A stretch of DNA of 32,630 bases from Catajapyx aquilonaris (lineage: Eukaryota), in NCBI GenBank assembly GCA_000934665.2, contig JYFJ02004370.1, forward strand, positions 1 through 32,630, read 5' to 3'. Made by a program: the position numbers and the translations under genes. Below, one piece after another: positions 10,601 to 22,265 of the stretch; the first letter of the stretch is position 1; every line of letters begins with the position of its first letter. The notes under the pieces are model-generated. The model searched no databases. It was not told where the DNA came from and worked only from the letters and a program-made list of their open reading frames with translations.

Positions 10601-11171
10601 ATACCCATTCTTAATTTGACTAATGTACGAGTAATTCCAGGAACATTTGGAAGTGTAGAACCAAAAGATCAAGATGACAGGCTAGTTTTAAAGAAAAAAT
10701 ATGCATCCATGGATTGTGACTGTCTCACGAGTTGTGATGCAGTAGACTACATCACCGAAATGGCAGACACAGAAATTGATTGGAAAATTGCCGCCGTGTC
10801 TGCAACCAAAAAATAGTAATAAATGGCCATAAATATAATGTATAAATAACATTGATTCCAATGACTCATTCATATACACTTTTTCAGTCGTGACGTTGTT
10901 TTCCTACATGTGTATTTCAAAGAACTGGTCTACACTAAATTCAAGAGGGATCTCCGTTTTACCTGGGTAGACGGACTGGGTAAGCAGAGTGTCATGTCGA
11001 CAATTTATTTGAGCTGCCATGCGTTATGAATTAATGCTGACTTATATTTTTCCAGCTAACTTCGGTGGACTTGTGGGAGTTTTTGTCGGATTCAGTTTAA
11101 TCAATGCCCTCGAACTAATATATTTTATTTGCATTCGTCCAGTTTCAAAAATCTTGACAAAAACAAAGTAA
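7666..11171 (+). CDS. DEG/ENaC amiloride-sensitive sodium channel family subunit (pickpocket-like), paralog 1, 515 aa
   Basis: Exons 7666-7853, 7935-8132, 8469-8637, 9375-9496, 9559-9703, 10127-10409, 10498-10557, 10641-10815, 10888-10979, 11056-11171 (1548 nt, open frame). HG motif (NTGLHG), TM1, IPFPAITLCN, CEWMG, TDMGHCYSFN, GSETGL, Cys-rich thumb, TM2 ANFGGLVGVFVGFS. Introns 1 and 3 use GC donors. Confidence 0.93.
8838..9255. mobile_element. Degenerate Tc1/mariner-like MITE in intron 3 of paralog 1
   Basis: TA|CACGGTGTTTCAAT...ATTTAGAACACCCTG imperfect ends; internal GGTTATTAAAA-TATTAGCTGCT also occurs at ~26467-26490. Confidence 0.4.
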
Positions 11172-11286
11172 CCGCCACATATTACCTATAATTTATTATA
11201 GTCACAAGCAAACGTAGGCGCCTACTATTAAAATTATAATGGCAACCTGAGTGTGCAATAATTAGAAGGTTAAGATGCTACATTAT

Positions 11287-11360
11287 ATACTCTCTAAAAA
11301 AAGTAGAGTTAAAAAAAACTCAATAAGAGTTAATTTAACTCTTATTTTTTTAGAGAGTAT
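11287..11360. repeat. Short AT-rich inverted repeat (mini-MITE relic) downstream of paralog 1
   Basis: ATACTCTCTAAAAAAA...TTTTTTTAGAGAGTAT. Confidence 0.6.
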
Positions 11361-11950
11361 GCTACAAATTGAGGTGCTGCTGCTAAAGGGACGAGCTGAA
11401 GCCAAATAACTTCCGGGATATTATGTCTTACTAAGAACTCACTTTTGTTCCTGACTATGCCGTTAAATAACCACTTGTAACCAATGTTAAAATAATAAGA
11501 ATGCACGTTGTGTACGAACCTGAAGCTAATGGCTTGCAGTCTTCACCGTTTAATCCATTAACACTCGCTACTTTCGTGGCGTGCTTTCAACCTGGGGTGG
11601 AATTTTCGTCTCAAGTGCTGATAGTTACTGATAACTTAGCAGTACCATTTCCAACACTGGTACTGCTAAGTGAGGTAACTATCAGTGGGACGAAAATTCC
11701 ACCCCTACTTTTTAATAGTTTATCTACATGATGATTCATATAGTATAAACCTTTACCATTTTCATCACGTAAACCTGGAATAAAATGTAGGAAACCCAAC
11801 ACCCACATTTGAACTATCCTCCCTCCATGACAGTCATACTGTAGCCTACCAGGTAAAGAAAGTACGTTTCATTCCGCGCTTAGTTCTCACATAGGCCTAC
11901 CAGTAGACTAATTGGGAAGTGTGCAAGTCTGTTTCCAGTTGGAAGGGTAT

Positions 11951-12183
11951 GACCGAAGCAGGTTGGCATAGTGGATAAGGCGTCCGACTGCTAATCGGGA
12001 GGTCCTGGGTTCGAATCCCGGGGCCGTCAACCTTGACCGTGGTTTTCTGTGGTTTTCCACGGTCTTTCTAGGATAATTCCGGGGTCGCTTCCGTATAATA
12101 GGCCACAGCCGCTTCCTTCCTTCCCTGTCCTTGGAGGTTGAAAGGCAATGCTGGGCCAACCTCCTTAAATATATCAATTATAA
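11951..12183 (+). mobile_element. tRNA-derived SINE
   Basis: A box TGGCATAGTGG, B box GGTTCGAATCC, tRNA-unrelated body (GTGGTTTTCTGTGGTTTTCC...AGGCCACAGCCGCTTCCTT); 14-bp TSD AGTTGGAAGGGTAT at 11937-50 and 12184-97. Confidence 0.9.
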
Positions 12184-12389
12184 AGTTGGAAGGGTATTAG
12201 GCCAACTCTCATCTGTGGCAAGAGCAGTAAAGATTTCTACAGATCATCTTCCAGAAGGAGATATAGAGCGTGCACTCAAGATTGGCTATTCCATGTGTCA
12301 AATCAGGTGATGCGATAGCTCGCCCATCTCATTATTTTTTGCTTCAAAAATTAAGTAGCGCACATTCACATGATTTGTTTCACAGTAGC

Positions 12390-12431
12390 GACGACGACGA
12401 CGACGACGACGACGATGATGATGATGATGAT
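12390..12431. repeat. (GAC)n(GAT)n compound microsatellite
   Basis: Read directly from the sequence. Confidence 0.95.
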
Positions 12432-13560
12432 ATCCTCTCTGGCAATAATTGTGCCTGGGAAAATTATTTGCACGTAAATAAGGAGAGAAAGTGTCATCAT
12501 ACCCACCAAACATACCGGTACCGTATATACCCTTACGTTACACACATAATATTTATAACAAAATCTGCATCACCTGCAAAATTGACATGCAATCACCTAT
12601 CTGTGTTTGAATTCATGGAGCTCTTTTGCAAATCGTTCGAACCCGAGGCGAAACAAACTAATCAAAGCAATGAGGTAGTACAGTACTGTACAGTACATTG
12701 TAATATATAATAATTTTTTCATTATCATATACAGAATTGACATGTGTGACACCACCCTATAAACAAACTGACTCATCGCTTAGGTAGTAGTTTCTATATA
12801 GTTTTGACTTTAATCCTTTAACAATATTATTAGACCACATCTGGTGGTCCGAGATGGTGGGCTCCCCGTCAATGGAGGCAAGACACGCCCTGGTCGTAGT
12901 GCCCTGTTGGGCTTTGTCCGCGCTGTGACTCATCACCAACGTTCACATAGTACTACTTCCTTCCTGAGAGCAGCAGTAGTGAGTAGAGGGACAGAACCAA
13001 TCAATATATGTTTCGGTCCGAGTACTGTAACTTGTCCGGAGAGAAAGATGCTTGCCAGTTGCCAGTCATTGGGAAACTACTGTACACTTGCTGCAAAACC
13101 AGACCGCTAGGTCTACTTCCAGAATCCAAATCCATTAGCACAGCATTAAATAAGCAATCTAAAGTTTACATCTCGAGTTGCGCGACTAATCTGAGTTGTG
13201 TAACATCCGCTTTAAGTAATTCGGATATTTCGGAATTAGATTATTCTTTCCCCCCTGCAGTGATGTAATTTCATGTCGCCTGATCTCATACGTACACTTT
13301 CTTTTTGTCCCCATCCAGTCATTAGTTTGTTTCATTGCCATGCACACGCGGCACCGTGTCGTAAGATGTGACACAGGATTAAATATTTCGTTCCGAATCG
13401 AACAGAATTCGTCATCTATCAAGGTACCTGATTAGTGCACGCTATTAGTTACTCAATAGAAAAGTACAAAAACCATTACCGACAGTATTACCTTAGGCAC
13501 CAGTCAAGAAGTGTTGTAATTAGGCAATTAGATACAATTAGACAATTTGGTTATACCATC

Positions 13561-16500
13561 ATGAAGAGGAATAACCATCTTAAAAGTGAAAGTGGAGTGT
13601 TTGTCAGGACTGATCACGTGAAACAATACAAGAGGAAGGGTGAGCCACGTGATAATAGTAATGATACAGTCAAGGCATCCGATTTTTTTAAAAACACGGG
13701 CCTTCATGGGATAAAATTTTGCACCGAGAACTCCGTCTGTGAGAGGCAAGTTTCTTTTTACAATAAGAGCAAAAATATTCTCTTCAGTGAAAAAAAAGGT
13801 AGTAAGACCTCCGTGGCGGAATGAAAGTACTGAAGCAAGGCAGGCGCACGTAATACCGTCACCAATTGATTTAAGCTGTACCATAGGTCTTACTCAAGCA
13901 ATTTCCAATTTACTGCTCGTAAAGTCTCCTTTCTGAAAACAATTTGTGGAATTTTTGTCGTATCTTACTTACTATAGTTACTTCTATCTTAGCAGTACCT
14001 GTGTAGTGCAATGGTACTCTGCTAAGTTAGCAGTAACTATAGTTAATAGTACAGTTGAATCCTTTTAAACCAAACTTCAAGAGACCGGGGAAAAAGTATG
14101 TTATAATATAACCGAGGTCTGTTATAGCCGAATTGTCACGCAACGAAAACTGAGATTTCTGCTTTCCATATGGCTGTAATATAAACTACTAGACTACATA
14201 CCGATTAATGAAATCTGTCAAAAATGCAATATTAGCTCATCGAAAATATATTATGCAGGACCGAAAGATCCGAAATTTGCTTCTGCAAATTTTATTTACC
14301 TGGAAAACTACGGTATATTTTCCCACCAAGGGGCCAAGAAATGATCTAGCTGTTATACCTGAGGTGAAGTGAAAATGAGTCTGGTAAATCAGGAGTCAAA
14401 TACATAGGGCCTTATGAAATCATGCTGGGACCGACCTTTACAACCAAAAGTCTGTTATAGCCGAGGCTGTTATATCCGGATTCAACTGTAACAAGACAAT
14501 GCGTTCACCCCGGAGCAGCGGGGTAACATTTCGCTAACAATATGGCGAGTTGGTAAAATAAGAAAATTTTGACATTGCTAGGGGATGGAATCATGAACAT
14601 TGCATGAACAAAATAATGAAGTATTTGGCGGAAAAAATGGGGTGGGGAGGGGGATCATAACTCCATTCCTGCAGCAGGTGGACTGTGTGCTGTGAGGTTT
14701 TGAACATAGATCCGCACCATCCTACTGCGCATTCAGCCCTTTGATGAAGAAACCGAATTCTGAATAGCTATTGTGAAAATAAATAAAGACGAATTTTTTA
14801 GTGGTTGTTAATTTTCTTGCGGCGTTTTGAAGAATAATTCAGTTTAGCTGTCAATGGTAGGAATGCACTTTACGACGGTGGGGATCTGTGTGCAAAATTT
14901 GGAAGCTCTACCTACAGCAGAACTTGAGTTAGGGCGAATTTAAAAAACGTAACAACAAGATGTTGTAAAAATTCATTGTTGAAATGCTATGCTACAGTCT
15001 TATACTTAGGGGCTATATCGCCCCTAAAATAATAATATTATTATGATTGTCATTAAACCCCCCAAAACAATAACGCAAAGCGCCATGTGCTTTCTGTGTT
15101 TTCACAGTGTATACTGTATAGCCACTGAGGCAGAAAAGGGCTATTGTATCATATTGGCCTAATGGTATTCACCCGCGAGCATAAACATGGAGACGGCAGG
15201 CTGCTCTGCCAATTGGAGCTTTTACGGTATCAAATATACTGTCATAAATACACGAACACACGCCTGATGCAGCTAACTCGGTCCAAAAAGAGTTCATTAA
15301 TTTGAGTCGGATAAAGAAAGGTCAAAAAAGGGCCTGCCGTCTCCATCTTTATGCTCGCGGGGGTACATATACAATGAGAAACATGGAGGGTGTACCAATG
15401 CTTAAATGATTATTTCGAACTTATCGGTAACAAGAAGTTGAAAATCTATGGACGGGCCACTACCCCATCCAAGTAGATATTATTTCGAAACTCTTCCCAG
15501 GTTCATATGGGTACTGGCTGTTTGCTGTGCCTTTGGAGGCGCCTTGTACTTCATCTTGTGCGTGATTCGGCAATTAAGTGATGGCGAAGTGATGGTGACG
15601 ATTGATTCTACAAGTGAGGACATTTGGAACATACCATTTCCTGCAGTCACCATCTGCAATACCAACCGAGCATTCAAGAGCAAAGTATCAACTCTTGCGT
15701 AAGCATAGCCAATAGGCCTATACCGGTACCTGTTAGTAACTTACGGTGAATTTAAGCAATGCACTACCACACAGCGAGTTTGGACACCATGTAGGCCTAC
15801 TACCGTGTACATTATTGATAGGGGGAGTCAGAATTAGTATTTTATGTACACAAATATTTAGATTTTCACAAGTTCAAGTTAGCACCGATAGCTTATTTTG
15901 GCTAGTTTAACATGAGCAATTGTTTTGAGTTATTATTATCGTAATCAAATCAATGATTTCTGATCGTGCATACAGGAGTGCCCTGGAGCATTTATTATCC
16001 CCTCCCACCATTCACTCCATATTTTGGCCTCCCCCAACTTATTCCCGAGGTTTTTCAAAAATAACCACACCAGTAATAAAGGTGATCATTTACAGGGAAG
16101 CGTTTGACTTTTTGACGTTGGAAGAGGTACGCTCGCCGATACAAAACGTCGCCGAGTTTCCAACTTGGATTGAAATGACGGAGGAGAGACGACGAGAGCT
16201 AGCTGAACTGCTCTCTAAAAATGGGACTGAGGATTTCGATGTCAAATATTTATCACGCCTGGTAAAGTACTGTTGCGTAATTGACCTGAAGGTTATATGT
16301 TGGATACTGCATACAAAAGGAGAATGTTTCATGGGGACCATTTTTCCAGGTTACGCTGGATGTGGAAGAACACTTTCTCTTTTGCGAATGGATGGGAACA
16401 CCAGTTAACTGCACCGATTTTTTTGAAATTGTTTTGACTGACGTAGGATACTGCCATTCCTTTAACTACAGGTGATATTATGATTTCCTCCTGTTTACTT

Positions 16501-18316
16501 ACTTAGCATGCCTTCTAACGATATTGTCGAACAACTGAGATTCAATCTCACGTCAGCAGTTAATAATTATTATTACTGTATGTTCGTCGTTTGCTGTATA
16601 GGCCCGATTTGAGAGAAGAGTACACTTTACCGTCCAACCAACGTTTCGAACCCCTTGTAGCAAATGGCGCTGGTTCCGAAACAGGCCTAACTATTGCAGT
16701 GCGAGCTAAGATTGAAGACTACTTTGCCAGGTCGCACAGTTTTAATGGGTTTTTGGTAAGAAAATTAACTTGCATCAATAGATGGTATTACTCAAATGGC
16801 CAGAAAGCCTTAGCCTCTGTTATAAACCGGATCATCTTAAATTCTTAATATCATAATATTTTAAAATATTCGAGCTTTGTTTGAGCGTGGTAAATTAAGT
16901 CATTATTATTATGACTATTATCAATATCATTATTAACTGATGTAAGAAGCCTTTAATTGTCAGTTACATAATTGACCTTGTTGAACGTTACTATTTGTGA
17001 CATCAGTACGGTACTATTCTCTGGTTGACGGAAAATATTACGGTTTTGATGATCCCTCAAGTCATAAACCAAAATAATGACACAGCATTTCACAACATTA
17101 CAGGCGTTGGTCCACCATCCCCAAGAAAGTCCACTGATGCTGAAACATGGCATGAACTTGGATGTAGGGAAGGAATTCTTCATTTCTGTTAGAGGAGTTG
17201 AGACTGTGTCGACACCAAGAGCAAAGTCTCTGAAGCCACAGAGTAGGATGTGTTACTTTCCCAAAGAGAAAAACTTGACTTACTTCAAACATTACAACTT
17301 AAATAATTGCCTTATTGAATGCAAAGTGGACAACATGGTACGACTATGTGGGGCCGTACCATACTATCTGCAATTTGCAGGCAAGGGATTTTTTTGCGGC
17401 AAGCGAATGTGTACAGTATTTTAGAAACGAAAGGTGAAAAATGCACGTAAGGCACCTTCAATATAACTTTATTTTCAGATAAAGGCATGGAAAAATATAA
17501 CAAGTACACTGTGAACACCACTAATTGTTGGATAAAAAATATACGTGAGTTTTAGTCAATATTGCGTAACATTGAAAATGTTGATGATTTATATTTGCAG
17601 GAACATTTGAATCTGTCAAACCTCCAAAAACTATTGTAGATCCCATGTGGGAATCATACGAGTCTATGGATTGTTCTTGTTACATTTCCTGTGACGCAGT
17701 ACTTTTCTACACCGAAATATCAGAAGCCCCGATCGAATGGTCCATAGCAACTATACCAAGAGTCCAGAAATTGTAATAACACAGGATGCACTGAATTTTA
17801 AATGTTACAAATGACATTACATTTTTTGTTATCATTGTTATTGTAACTTAAATCTGGAATCATTTCTGCAATTACTAAGAAATTATTGCTCAGTAATGCC
17901 GACAATATATTATGGTGATGTCATTTGGAACCTTTTAAAAATCGGAGTATAAGTATCAAAATACTAGTATACCTGAACACGTGCCACTAACAAACTAAAC
18001 GGAATTTGCTAAATCATCTATTTCCAGTCGAGATATTGCCATGATCCACGTGTACTTCAAAGATCTGACCTACACGCAATTTAAGAGAGACAGTCGATTT
18101 ACCTGGCTAGATGGAATGGGTAAAAGACTTTACAATAAGCCGGAGTTTCAGTATCTAATCGTGTCAACTAATTAATCCCTTTATACTTTGCTTTCAGCTA
18201 GACTTGGAGGACTGGCAGGACTCTTTCTTGGCTTCAGTTTCATCAATATCATTGAAATGATTTATTATTTTTGCCTTCGGCCCTTAGAAAATTGCTGCCT
18301 CGAACGGCATTGTTAG
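13561..18316 (+). CDS. DEG/ENaC (pickpocket-like) subunit, paralog 2, 516 aa
   Basis: Exons 13561-13745, 15501-15698, 16096-16261, 16350-16471, 16602-16755, 17104-17380, 17479-17544, 17601-17772, 18028-18119, 18198-18316 (1551 nt, open frame). NTGLHG, IPFPAVTICN, TDVGYCHSFN, GSETGL, TM2 ARLGGLAGLFLGFS. Introns 1 and 6 use GC donors; AATAAA at 18431. Confidence 0.93.
14052..14488. mobile_element. pogo/Tigger-like (Tc1/mariner) MITE in intron 1 of paralog 2
   Basis: TA|CAGTTGAATCC...GGATTCAACTG|TA; repeated CTGTTATAGCCGA subterminal motifs. Confidence 0.85.
14491..15030. mobile_element. Possible Helentron/HINE-like non-autonomous element
   Basis: ACAAGAC start, hairpin GTTCACCCCG/CGGGGTAAC near one end, GTCTT followed by terminal hairpin TTAGGGGC/GCCCCTAA and an A-run at the other. 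Structural resemblance only. Confidence 0.35.
15170..15363. mobile_element. MITE, copy 1 of a family also present at 29240-29449
   Basis: TIR CCCGCGAGCATAAACATGGAGACGGCAGG / CCTGCCGTCTCCATCTTTATGCTCGCGGG; near-identical second copy. Confidence 0.88.
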
Positions 18317-18630
18317 TTCAGACTCCAGTGGACAGTAGGGTGTAAGCCAACAATTAACATAATAGCCTATTAATTCATCAGGCGGCCCAATACTGTATAA
18401 ATTTTCGTGATCTGACTATGAAGGGATAGAAATAAAATTATTAACAATAGCAACTATATCTTCTTTGTAGTCTAATAACTACCTTATGTCACCCAAACCC
18501 TTCCCATAACTTTTTACACGTACTGGATAATGCTAATTGCATTAGTCGTCAGTAGCCTTTACAGAAAAATTTAAGAACCAATACGTCGCGTGCAGGCCTG
18601 TAAGTTCACATTATGATTGATGAAAAACAA

Positions 18631-19687
18631 TCAGGTATAACCTGGCGCTGCCCGGGTGTGTTTTGGTTGTAAAGGTAGGGGTATCTGTATCCATATTAGG
18701 AAGCTTGTTTGTAAAGTTTGCTCAAAAATGGCAAAATAGGGTCGTCAGCATGTTCTTAAGGGCGCCGGATACCTATGCGATTTTTCAAACTTGACCCGCG
18801 ATTCTGAAAAATCGCATAGGTGTCCGGCGCCTTTAACGGTCTTGGGAAGGCCAGGAAAATAAAAACAAAAATATAGACAAAATGACAAAAATAGGGCGAA
18901 GAAAGAAAGTTTTGGGGGGATAATCAACTCAAATCTACATACGCACTGTAGACTACGTGGTGGAACGTTTTGGTAATAAAATTTTAAGGAAAAAATGGGA
19001 CTGGCGGGGAGGGGGGGGGGGTGTCATACGGGTCATCAGGTGGAGGAAAGGTCTGAGGTAGCCAGTCACACCTCGGTTCGACGTATACTGTATAATAATT
19101 CCGGCCCAGGAAAAGAATGAACGGCCACGGTTTTTTCTCTATTTCTTTCAAAACATCCCTCCCCTTCACCTCATCCCCTATGTTTCCCATTCCCTGAAGA
19201 AGTGTGCCTATGCCAGGTGGGATATTTTGTATTTAACTTAATGTTGCATGTCGTGTTTCTTTTGTGTCTGGCAAGTCTCCTACAAATCGGACGAAATCCC
19301 GTGGAGTGTTTTCCTGGCACGACCATATACGATACGAACTCATGTCAGGTGGCCATCGCGCCTCGGGTAGCGTATAGTTGACGAATGCGTCGAATTGAAG
19401 GATGTGTAAAAAGAGGCCCGAGACATCAATATGAATGGTGGCATTTCCAGGGAACTTCAAGAATATTGCTGAAGGGATATTGTGTTTATATTGTTAAGTT
19501 TGTTATTGTTGAAGAGAGTAAGGAGAGGAATCGGGAATATGCTTATTGTGGGAGTTAGGCTCATTTTCGGAGGCTGAAACATGCTGCGTTAAATTCCTCG
19601 AAAAAAGTAACCCCCGCTCCGGCGGGCATTCCCCAGGATTTCTATAGCGAACAAACACACACACCCACAAACGAACTAAAATATAGA
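18631..19687 (-). mobile_element. Possible non-autonomous Helitron
   Basis: On the minus strand it begins A|TCTATAT, has a (TG)n tract near the 5' end, and ends with GC hairpin CCCGGGCAGCGCCAGG then CTGA|T (CTRR). Confidence 0.5.
18760..18832. mobile_element. 73-bp hairpin mini-MITE flanked by TTAA
   Basis: TTAA|GGGCGCCGGATACCTATGCGATTTTTCA...TGAAAAATCGCATAGGTGTCCGGCGCCT|TTAA. Confidence 0.75.
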
Positions 19688-20039
19688 TTAAGATCTATTA
19701 TTTTATATTGTTTAAAAATACCTGAGACAAGATCATGGGAATGCACATATTTCTGGCCCGTTAGTGGTAAAATTCGCCGATCAATATTGTCGGCATTCAT
19801 CGCATTCCTGAACGTTGTGATAAAGCGCCACTTAACATCGGTGCCTATAGCGCTATGTGGTGCTCTGTGGGCAAGGCGCCCCTGTGGTTCCGAAACCATA
19901 TGCCAAGGCACTGAGAGCCGTTCAATACACCCGGTCATGGCCAGGGAGATATAGACAGCGTGTTGGTTCACATGAAACATGCAATAATCGGCAATACCTA
20001 GTTGGTGCTAATGTACTGGAAACATGACAACATGATAAT

Positions 20040-20371
20040 CAAGTGGCGCTGCGGTAACATATGCGCCCACGGATGCTAGGGTCCTGGGTTCGATCCCAGT
20101 CCGAGGTTTCCCCCCTCATCTCGTGCAGAGTTGGGTCGTCTCTGGCTTCGTCTCACGTGGAATCTCCAACAGACTAATCCGCCAGGGGGAGTTCACAAAA
20201 TGACCAAGCAACGACATTGCACTTGCACCTTGCACATCCACTCCCAGTCACCCTGCCCGTGGTCCCGGGCGTTTCGCTAAAGGTTCCGCTATGTACGAAA
20301 TGTACTATTGGCTAACAATAAAGGTCCGTGTGTATACCCAAGGGTGAAAGCACTACCCACAATTATTATTA
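20040..20371 (+). mobile_element. tRNA-derived SINE with microsatellite tail
   Basis: A-box-like TGGCGCTGCGG, B box GGTTCGATCCC, body ending AAAGCACTACCCAC then (ATT)n; TSD not resolved. Confidence 0.7.
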
Positions 20372-20415
20372 TTGTTTGTTGTTGTTATAGTTATTATTGT
20401 TATTGTTATTGTTAT

Positions 20416-20471
<56 letters not shown>

Positions 20472-20472
20472 T

Positions 20473-20533
<61 letters not shown>
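20361..20533. repeat. Compound trinucleotide microsatellite (TTA/TTG)n-(GTA)n-(GAT)n
   Basis: Read directly; it explains the low-complexity ORFs at 20372-20648. Confidence 0.95.
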
Positions 20534-20677
20534 CAAGCATACCAGGATGAAATGTACGGACAGTAATGCAAAATTTACTAATTAGTGAATAAGTACACAT
20601 TGAATTTACATATTTACGTAGTTCATATTTATTTTCATATAATGGCAAGAAAAAATATTTCGCCTGTTTAATTTAGA

Positions 20678-21038
20678 GGGGAGGTGTAGATGGCCGAGAT
20701 GGTAACGTCTCGGTGTGCTGAGTGAAAGGCCTCAGGTTCGATCCCGGCCTGGGAAGTTCCCTTTCACCTAGGTCAGGATGGTCTCTGACCTGCACCTTGG
20801 AGGTGTCTGGCAACCTAACCTCCTGGGGAAGAGCACGTGACCACTTTCCTTTACAGACCTTGCCCTTGCACCCGATGTTCCCTTCTCAAAAATCCATATC
20901 CGTACCTATGTCCCTGTCTCCTTGCACCGGTGAGCGAATAAAAATAGTACACCCGCAGTTACTGGAAAACTGATGGTGTGCCATCCCCCCTAAAACGGCT
21001 CCGCCTTGTCACGGGGTAACCTAAAATTTTTCTTAAAA
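20678..21038 (+). mobile_element. tRNA-derived SINE (third, distinct body)
   Basis: A box TGGCCGAGATGG, B box GGTTCGATCCC; 14-bp TSD CTGTTTAATTTAGA at 20664-77 and 21039-52. Confidence 0.88.
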
Positions 21039-21212
21039 CTGTTTAATTTAGATCTTGCTCATTTATGTTAACACTAGATTATTCAACAAAACTGATGTTC
21101 AGTTTTGTAAACATTAGCAATCGAAGACTCTCTTGGGAGGTCATATTGGCACGCAAATATTGAATATTGTTTTACACGTTCAATACATATTCGCATTGCC
21201 ACATTTATGGGG

Positions 21213-21243
21213 TGATTCGTCAAAGTGTGTGCCGATGACACCT
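21213..21243 (+). promoter_or_regulatory. Candidate cis-element shared with the upstream region of paralog 1
   Basis: 24/31 identity to 7282-7312, including an exact 13-mer GCCGATGACACCT at the same spacing. Confidence 0.5.
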
Positions 21244-21580
21244 GATTCATATTTTATTCGGGATTCTACAGTCCAGGATGCTTTAGCACGACACTTCAAG
21301 TATTGAACATTCCAGTCGCAAAGGACACTCCCTACACTGGGTTTACAGGTACGGTATGCAAAATGGAGAGGTACAGTACTTCTGATGCACTTGAATAATA
21401 TTTTTGCTTACTTACAGCTTGTGGTCCGACAAAAAACTTTAAGGTACATTATGATTTATTAATTTTACTCCCGTTAGACAGTCCTCTTAATGATCCGCTG
21501 ACAGTCCTAGCATATTTATAGATCATAGGTATTAAACAAACCCTTAAAATGAAGTGTCACATTAACGTATAGGGTATATA

Positions 21581-22245
21581 GGAGAGACAGGGGGCACAGT
21601 GGTCCACTTTTGAACATTTATATATTTTAAAGAGCTCCTGTTATACCTATACACACCCAATATTTTTCGGCATGGTGGAGGTACTCATTGGTAATATCAA
21701 GAGCTAATATAAGTGACTAATATACTGTACTATATACAGGCACTGCCATATCGTTCGCTTAAAACATTTTAGAAGCTGCCTTATGCAAATGGACCACTGT
21801 ACCCCCGATGCCTGGGGCACAGTGGTCTGGAAGTGATTGGAACCCCTAATTCACACAAGAAGTATATTTAATTTTTAATGCACATCTAACCCCTTTAAAT
21901 AAATAGGAAATAAGAAAAAGGGACTTCTCTGTTACTGCAACCTGGGGACACAAGTGAAACAGCGTCTCTCTCCGGAAAGTAGACCTGGGTCATGTCCAGC
22001 ATCTACGCTTGGCATGGCATTTAAACTCTGGGTTAGAAGTAACGTCACTACCTTTCAAATACTGTAGATTTCCTCTGATACAGCAGGATCGCATCAGGGA
22101 TCTCACAGGTGGCTGTCATGTTGGCAAGAAGCACAATAGTGACCTGTTTCACGAGGTACCAGACGAAGGTGTTATTCCGGTTTCCGATATTTTTAAAATA
22201 GAAACGACCACTGTGTCCCGTGGACCACGGTGCCCCTCTCTCCCC
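21581..22245. mobile_element. TA-flanked MITE at the 5' end of paralog 3
   Basis: TA|GGAGAGACAGGGGGCACAGTGGTCC...GGACCACGGTGCCCCTCTCTCCCC|TA; internal repeats of GGGGCACAGTGGTC. Confidence 0.82.
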
Positions 22246-22265
22246 TACTACCCGATGAGAGCACA

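Noticed and set aside
10814..10816. Premature TAG suggesting paralog 1 is a pseudogene
   Set aside because: The codon is split by intron 8 (TA|GTAATA...CAG|T gives TAT, Tyr); the same phase-2 junction occurs in paralogs 2 and 3.
11951..12030. Functional tRNA gene (GCT anticodon-like loop)
   Set aside because: The acceptor stem does not pair, there is no poly-T terminator, and it continues into a SINE body bounded by a 14-bp TSD. The tRNA-like heads at 20040 and 20678 likewise run into SINE bodies.
20372..20648. Poly-Ser/Asp/Met/His ORFs
   Set aside because: They are translations of trinucleotide microsatellites; the same applies to the poly-Asp ORF at 12270-12710.
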